Position numbers and translations under genes: made by a program | From: the human T2T-CHM13v2.0 reference genome, Homo sapiens | Length of the DNA: 64,000 bases | NCBI RefSeq assembly: GCF_009914755.1 | Contig: NC_060925.1 | Reading direction: 5' to 3' (one strand) | Notes under the pieces: model-generated | Database searches by the model: none | The model's input: the letters and a program-made list of their open reading frames with translations, nothing else | Told to the model about the DNA's origin: nothing | In this document: positions 54,203 through 64,000 of the stretch, in pieces | How positions within the stretch are numbered: the stretch's first letter is position 1 | How the letters are laid out: the number at the start of each line of letters is the position of its first letter

Positions 54203-56904
54203 TCACTATCCAGCCAAGGTTCTTATCAGCTCTCATGGCTCAATGCAAATGTCCTTACTTTGCAAAGACATCTTATTTTTTTTTAAGTTGGCATAATTGC
54301 TCCTTTTTTGTGCTATGGCAACAATTTAATTCTCTGATATACTTTAATTCAAGGCTTCTTGTGTGTCTCTCCCATTGGAGATAAAGCTCTTGAAGACAGG
54401 GACTGTGCCTTATCTATCTTTTTATTACTCATGGTGCTTTCGCATAGTTATTTTCACATAGTAAGAACACAGTAAGTGTTGAATTGACCGGGAAAACTAC
54501 ATAAAATTTGGGGACTTTATGTGAAGTAAAATACATATAAAATAAACTTTTAATAATGAGCCAATATTTTTATCTCTATTGCTATGAAAATTATTCAAAT
54601 TGTGTTTTTTCACTGTTAACAATTAGTTATTGCACTGAAGTTAATAGAGGTTTGAAGCACACTCTATAACTGCTTATATATGTTAGTGTGTTCGTATAGG
54701 TTTTGAACAAAAAGAGTGAAATCTAAGAAGTTGGCATTTAGCACTTTGAATAAGAAAGCCAGAGTAGAGCAATGGAGAATTTCAAGCCCAGAAAGAACAA
54801 CGAGGAAGCCATATGCTCCCAGGTTGAGGAGAAAGACGCAGTAAATCCTCCTAGGGGTGTCGAAAATGCCAATGTTGTAGTTTAATGAGCATCTGAATTT
54901 GTTTCACATTTTGCCTTTCACAAGCATAAATTCCAGGCTCTCCCTACATGGTGCTCAAGGATTGAAACAGAAAGGAAAAAATAGAAAAAGAAAGAAAACT
55001 CCAAAATAAGGCAGGAACTCGAATTCTGTCACCTGTACATATTCACAACAGAAAATTGAAGTAATTCTCAGGATTTCAGGTCCCAAAACTATTTGCAACA
55101 GGAAAATGGGGTGCATGCATACACATGTGTGTGTGATAATTGTCGCCTTTTTTCCATTCCATCCTATCCTTTGCTCTTCAATAGTAATCACACATATGTC
55201 ATGACAGTAAGAATTTACTGAAAAGATAAATTATCAAGTGTTCGCTGTCTTTACAAAATGATTTTTTTGCTTTATAGAAGGATTGGAGAAGCATCCTTTT
55301 AATGGCTAGCACATCCGAGTCATGTAAATGTGACTTGATGTAAAATAATATGTATCATGTATACAATATTTTAGCAGCCAATTTGATACATAAGGTGGGG
55401 TGCTCTCTACTAAATTTCTTTTTCTAAAATTTATCAGTAAATTTACTGAGCAGGAACATTACCACTGGTAACAGATCAGATGTTATGAAAAACACCACAG
55501 AAGTCTATGGGTCACTGGAAATGACAGCAAACCATAGCACCAAGATGACTAGGGAATCACTTTGAGGACTTCAAGCCAGATTGCTGCAGATACTAATGAT
55601 ATCAAAGCCTGGATATCCATAGCCTTGATTTATGGTGATTTTCAACACCAGTCAATTAGAATGCATTTCAAGAAAAGACTGTGTTCAGAGAAATCGTATG
55701 AGACATTTCTTTTAATATGTGTCTAGGCCATTCTGGGGAGGAATTGGCTTTTTACCAACTGATAAAACAGAAGAAGAGGCTTTCTCCTTGGAAACCTATT
55801 TCTCCATACAGGTTCTGCCCATAGCTTTACTTGATTATGACTATCCCTCCGGAGGTTCATGTGGGTGTACCAGATGCAGGGTCTCTTCAAGTAGTGGACA
55901 AGAGGGTCAGTGAGTTATCTTCGATTTTAAGGAATTCAGAAAGTCATGACATTGATTCCGTTCTCATTCTTTGCCAGAACTTTCAGGACCTGTGATGAGA
56001 CAGGGTCTATATGTGCATGGGTAAAGGGCTCTCTGAGAACCACAGCAATAGCCTGAGAGCAGTGCTGCATCAGATGACTGGAAATGAGGCCCAGCACAAG
56101 CAGAACCTTTGCTTGGTTTCTACATTAAGCAAGAACTGTCAGGCAGGATTACAACACTTACGGACAAATAGGAATAAAATCAATCTTGTGACCAAAGGCT
56201 CTGACCAGTCATGATAAAGGAAAGATTAGAGGGAATTATAAGAAAAAAGAAAAAGGAAAGAAAAGAGATAAAAAAGAATGGAAAAAGAAAAAGTCAGAAA
56301 TATCAAACTATGTTTTCTTCCTTATTCTGAATTCTGTGTGCTGAATTAATGGAATAATTGCCTTAATTACTCGCCTTCAGCGTTTAGACAGCCTGCATAT
56401 AAAATGATAGCAAAAATGCACCAGAAAAGCCCCAGTTATTTTGAGAATAATTTTCCAAATGGTTGTTTTGTAATAATTGCTTTTGTCTAAAATAGCCCTC
56501 TTATGAAAGTTTACCCCAGAGCATCAACACTGAGCTGTTTATATTGATTTGCAGTTATTTCATACATATCTAAAATTAAGTATTGGTACTCGCAAAAACA
56601 TTAATACCTCAGCTAAAGTGCAAACGTTAAAATGTTTCCCTTAAGCAGATATTGTCAAATATAACACCCTGCTTATTATGGTTATTTCACTAGTTCAAAA
56701 TTAATTTGCAAATTTAGCATAAATATTTCTTCTCTTTGAATGAAACCGAGGAGGCCTCATCTAAGTTCTCACTAGCTGCCTGAACAGTTGAGTCCGTTCC
56801 GTGTTGACTCCACTTCACATTTTTGTACTGCTGAGAAACAACATCCACCCACCCTCCCCTTGAAAGTTGGAATCATGCATGTTAGTAAGTATTTCAGTTA
56901 TGCT

Positions 56905-56916
56905 ATTGACGTCAAT
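56905..56916. promoter_or_regulatory. Full palindromic cAMP response element (TGACGTCA) within ATTGACGTCAAT
   Basis: Exact CRE at 56907-56914 with an intact CpG, in a repeat-free block. Function not shown. Confidence 0.55.
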
Positions 56917-57979
56917 GGAGTCATTAAATAGATTGCTGGCCCTCCCAGAGGCAAATCGCTGCCAGGGACCTAGATACAGACACGTTTTTTACAAAGACAA
57001 CCATCAGGTTTTGCTATAGCAGTAAGCCAGAGAAAGGGAAAAGTTTATACTGTAGCAGACCTATCTCCAAACACAGTTTCTTTCTTTCTTTTGCATTTTA
57101 GTTCCGGCCTTTCTTTCTCTTTGGTTACAGTAGGCTCAAGCAGATACCCAGATACTGTTGCCTGAATGTTTTGTGTGCAAAAGCATCTCCTGTAATTGAG
57201 ACCATGAAGGGAGGTACCCCACTTTTAAAAATGAGTCTCACATTTTGCTCTACACAGCCTATCTTGATGTTGACTTGGTTGCATAAATTATTTAGGCAAA
57301 TCACTATTGTCTGCCAGTAAGGTCGTGTTTGATATATAGTTCCCTGAATAAACAGTCTCCTCCAAACACACACACACTTTTGTACTTTCTGCCATCCCTG
57401 CGTGGCATGTCGCTGCATCCCCTCATCTATGAATCAACCTTTTTGCAGCTAGCACTGTGCTGTAGCATCAGGGATCTGCAGCAAAGGGTGGAGGAGGAAG
57501 CTGGGAAGAAAGCTTCACTTCTCTCAGCTGCCTCATCTGCAGCGCTCCCACAGGAGGCTGTCCACGTGCCTGTGTCCTCCCAAACCCTAGCTGCTGCCTG
57601 CCTCGAGCCTGGTCATGCAGCTCCCAGGCATGGCAGGCAGAGCCCTTTAGGAAACATGTGCCTCTTTCTGGGCATTCTTGACAGCTCTATTTACCTGCAC
57701 AGCCCCAGGAGTCAGAGCCAGAGATTCGCCTCACACATCTGGACTCTTCCACCTCCAGGATCGAAGTTAGGGAGACATCTTGAGCAGACAGATTTCTTCA
57801 AATCTGGTTGTCAGAAACTATCCCATTGGTTTTAGAACCCATTTCTCTCTTCAGTCCTGTACCTTCACTCCCTGGAGACCCCCAACCCCCATTACTTATC
57901 AGTAAGTTTGTATATAAATGCCAGACATCTGACTACCTCTGGTAACCCCTTTTGGTTCATCTGGAGACCCAAATTCATT

Positions 57980-59220
<1,241 letters not shown>

Positions 59221-59627
59221 AAATAGGGATGAAATAATGCCCATGCCTGAACCAGATAAGATTAGAAAGGAAGTGAGGCTCATGTTCAGCTTTGTTAAGG
59301 CTTACTGAAATATCTGCTAGCTCTCAGGACATGTGCATAGTGCTGACATCCCTTGCTAATCTTGACAACGTGTGACTTTCAAGGCACTTGAAGTGAACTC
59401 TTTGTTATCCATCACTTCAGGAAGAAGTGGCAGTGTTAAAAGAAATGGAAGAAAAACAACTAAATGAATTTTTATCATACTATATTGTTCTCTTAGTGCC
59501 TGGCATTGTGCTTGCCACAAAGTAGGCACTCAAGTAGCATATTGAATGGAATTGGTTTGAGAACCCAGTTAATCCTTCAGAGAAGTTACTTCTCTGAGAC
59601 TCACTTTTCTTGTCTGAAAAATGGGCA

Positions 59628-59976
<349 letters not shown>

Positions 59977-59994
59977 TAAGGGCTAAATGAGAAA

Positions 59995-60200
59995 AGCTTT
60001 ATATAGTGATTAAGAGTGAAGACTCTGGAGTCAGACTGCCTCTTTCAAATTCCAGCCACACCACTTTGTGACCTTGGGACAAATTGCTTAACCTCTCTGT
60101 GTCCTAATTGCCTCGTCTCCAAAATTAGGATGGAAATTGTGTGTTTTGGTTGTAAGGATTAAATATGTTAACATGTATAAAGCATGTAGAAAGTCCCAGT
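59995..60200 (+). mobile_element. MIR SINE
   Basis: tagtgattaagagtgaagactctggagtcagactgcct...tgtgaccttgggac...cttaacctctctgtg. Confidence 0.8.
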
Positions 60201-61649
60201 GTTAGTATTGGTGTTATTAGTGTTATATAACATGACTCAGATAGTACTCAGCACATAGCAAACCACCAATGTGTGGTAGCTAAGATCCCAGCCTTCTGGT
60301 ATCAGTAGAGAACCACAACAGAAAGCCCTGTTGAGCTCTTTCTAGAAGGTTCTGGTCTACTTTGCTTCCATAATAATACCATCTGAAGGGAGTAATTTTT
60401 GAAGTTTAAGACTTTTTTTTTCCTCCTGAGACTATAGAAATCTTGTTATATAGAAATAGTTTTAGAGCTGAAGGTAGAGTTCTCCAGCTCATACATGGGA
60501 AAGCTGAAAAGTCAGGAGGGAGAATGGAGCTGACACCAAATATAAAGGGACACCCCTAAATACAGCTTTTTCTCTTAAAAGCAGAGTGCAAAAAAAGATT
60601 GTCAAATTACTTAGGACTTCTGGTAAACCAAATCTTAGTTAACTGAAAGCCCTGTCTTGCATAAGCCTGACAGGATGCCACTTTATATGATAGCATCATT
60701 ACAGCTTGTACAGCACATCAAAGTTGTATTGAAATACATGTTTCAGGGTTGGTACACACCTATTCAGGCATAGGTGTTACAACCCAGGAAGCTTAGCAGG
60801 GAGTAGCGCTAGGAGCTGGTGCAAAGCCTCCCTTTGCAGAGAGGACAAAACCCACTAGCAGAGTCTGCAGGAAGGGAAGAGGATTGGCCCTTTTGGGAAA
60901 AACTTTACACCCTCTCCAATTACTGCTGAGAAGGAAAAAGCAACCTCATACCCATCTTAACCCATTCTCCTCTCTTTATTGGAAGGGAGGGAGATAAAAA
61001 AGGAGGTTGGAGTTAGCCTAGAGAAGAATGAATATGGAAGTTTGCTAAGAGACAAGGAAGGAAGAGGACCACCGAAGTTCCTTTTTCTGCCTCCTGCTTC
61101 CCCAAGTGGGTATGATCCTGGGGGCAGGGTGAATTCTGCTTGCTTGCTTCTGATCAACCCCGAGCCAGCACATTATGAAGTTGCCTCCAGAACTGTTCTC
61201 GGAAGCCAGGAGCATTTCAGGGAACAGCCTTTCACCCAAGAGGAGGGAAACAAAGCAGGGACTGTCCCCTCAAAATAGAGAACAGGCAACAGAACTCACT
61301 GGATCTTTTTCTTGGTTTATTGTCTTGACTTCCTCCCAGTCAGAGCTGTTGACAAGCACCAAAAGCGACCCCTTGGAGTTTTCTGTATTTTTCCTACCCC
61401 CTGTCTGGCTGTGTCCACAGAGTAAGCTGGGACCATGGCGATTATCCAGCTTATTTGAATCTTACAGGCAGCCAGGTCAGATAATGCTATTTTCTCTCTG
61501 CCCCCTCAGTTGTATTTGGGGCTTCAAATTTCTAGGGTCTAGTCTGGCTAGCACTGCTGGTCTAATAAACTAGATAATGTCCAAAGCCCACATGTGTGCC
61601 TCTGATTTCAGGAAAGGTAAGGGGCTAGTGCTTATTCCATTTCTGGTAT

Positions 61650-61860
61650 GTGCCAGGCACAGTGCTAGCCCCTTTGAATATATCACGTCACCTAATTCTC
61701 CAAACTAAACTTCTTTGCGTATATTATTGCCCCTATTTCACATATTTGGAAAAAGAAGATTCAGGAAGTATGTGGGGCTCACTCAAGACCACAAAGTTAG
61801 TGATAGAATCAGAACTGAAAGCTAGATCTGTATTTCTTGAAAACCCATGCTCTTTCCTCT
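61650..61860 (-). mobile_element. MIR SINE
   Basis: tatgtgccaggcacagtgcta...ctcaagaccacaaagttagt...aaacccatgctcttt. Confidence 0.6.
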
Positions 61861-62815
61861 GCAGTCTAAACCACACTGTCTCTGCCTCCATCCCACTGTA
61901 AACCTCAGATGTTATAGCTTATCAAGAAGGGGATGGGGAAAATGTCATAGCAAGAAAGCGAAGTGACTGGACTACCAACAACCTTAATAATTATTACATA
62001 CTAGAGGACTTTCTTTAATTTCTTTCTCATCTATCCATTTTATTGTAAGTAGTAAGCAAAGGTGTAAGTCTTGAGAGAAATACATCTCACACGTCCATTA
62101 TTCATTCATTAATGTATTTAATAAACGTGTTAAATTCATACTGTATACAAGGCACTGTGTTAGCCACTGAGGATGCTGTGATGAAGAGAATGTATTCAGA
62201 CCCTGATCTCATAGATCTTACGGCCCAGGAAATAATGCATAAATAAATTCATGACTATACACTTGATAATTGTAATGAAGGAAAGTACAGAATGCTATGA
62301 TATTGGCTCACTTTTTCACCTGTAAAAATGGGAATAATACTAGTACTTACCATTAGGGTTGCGGCAATATCTAAATGCGTTATTTTACGTAAAGCATTTA
62401 GAACACGCCTGGCACCCAGTAGTATTTAGTGTTTAACTATTATGATCATTAGTTTTATCACTATTTATCATTATCATCATTATCATTAGTCTAGTGTTAT
62501 TATTGTTATCATTCTGGGGCCTAAAGTAGATTAGAAGATAGGAAAGAACTCTATAAATAAATGACTTTAAACTGGAGTCCTGAACACTGAGTAGCTGGGG
62601 TAGATCGAGGGGCGGTGGTCCTGAGAGAGTAACCAACACCTCAGAGATGCCACAGCCAGAGAACTGGGCACTTTGAACAACAGTAAGGGACGCAGCCACA
62701 GAGACTGAGAGATGCCAGGTTAAGCAGAACATTTGTAAGTCATGGTAGACATGTAGATTTTACTGCAAATTCAGTTGGGAGCCATTAAAAGATTTTGAGA
62801 AACAGATTGACGTGA

Positions 62816-63157
<342 letters not shown>

Positions 63158-63299
63158 TTATATGCATTTTAAATACACAACTTCTCTTTGAGCCCCAAGT
63201 CTGGGTTAGTGACATCTCATACATGCTCCCAGTACCTGTATTTTCTCTGTAATAATACTCAGCTCCTGCCCCTTCCATGTACCTCCTGGTTAAGAAGAC

Positions 63300-63520
63300 A
63301 GGCTCTGCAGCAAGACTGCCTGCACTTAGTTCTAGTTCAATACCTTTCTTTCTCTGTATGATTGTAGAGAAGTAATTCAACATCCCTGGGTCTTGATTTT
63401 CTTACATGTTTAATGGGGATAATAATAGAACCTTCTGCATAGAATTGTTTTAAGAGCAAAATTAAAACACTTAGAACAGTGGCTGGCACACATAAAGCAC
63501 TAAATAAATATTAGTTGTTT
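63300..63520 (+). mobile_element. MIR SINE
   Basis: ggttaagaagacaggctctg...aatggggataataatagaacc...cacttagaacagtggctggcaca. Confidence 0.65.
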
Positions 63521-64000
63521 TTAATATATTGTAACTGCCTATTTTCTTGACTGTTTATACACTAGACTGTATGCTTAGTTCCTGGCACAAGGCAGGTGTT
63601 CAAAAATATTTACTGAAAAAAGAATGAACAAGGAAAGAGAGGTAGTGCAATAAATTGTAACTAAAAGAAGAGAAAGATTGCTGTCCTATTCATGGGAAAA
63701 TAGGCTTTCTTGAAACTGGGGTATATTCTGATAAGGAGGAGCCTGCTTATGGGGCCAGAGAAACTGAATGACTTTGCAGCTGCCCAGCTGCTACAGCTTT
63801 GGGGAACTTGAAATAACATCCGTGGAACAAAAATTTGTTTCAGAATCTGTGATGCCAATCTGGACTGCCATCTGCACAAAAAGAAAACTGGGCTCATGAA
63901 AGAGCTTTTTCATTCTCTTGGGCTATGTGACTATCTCTCTGGAAAGCAAATGCAAGGCTAAACCTCCGGAGTTCTCCATTTGCTGCCTTTGGAAGGACAG

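Noticed and set aside
57329-57835. Longest ORF in the track (168 aa)
   Set aside because: Non-ATG start, no recognisable homology and no clear splice context; explained by locally higher GC content.

Overview
Primate (almost certainly human) genomic DNA from inside the large PDE4B gene (cAMP-specific phosphodiesterase 4B), transcribed on the + strand. The window holds four small coding exons shared by the long PDE4B isoforms (32924-33118, 43111-43147, 43257-43327, 51502-51551). They splice in frame with canonical AG/GT boundaries and encode UCR1 and linker LR1: (C)[17 protein letters not shown]...[18 protein letters not shown]...[26 protein letters not shown]...NKRSPAASQPPVSRVNPQ(E). The rest (>99%) is AT-rich, CpG-poor intron, densely filled with 13 Alus, an old L1, many L2 and MIR fragments, MaLR/ERVL/ERV1 solo LTRs and DNA transposons (MADE2, MER47A, MER5). 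Nearly all ORFs in the supplied track are spurious. I found no convincing novel gene system. The most interesting unexplained signals are: a non-repeat 62-bp, 58/62-identical inverted repeat ~930 bp apart; a full palindromic CRE in a repeat-free block; a candidate in-frame alternative terminal exon overlapping CTCF-like motifs; an AP-1/ARE cluster; a close inverted AluY pair; and several templated-insertion scars. Repeat subfamily calls and old-repeat boundaries are by eye and approximate.
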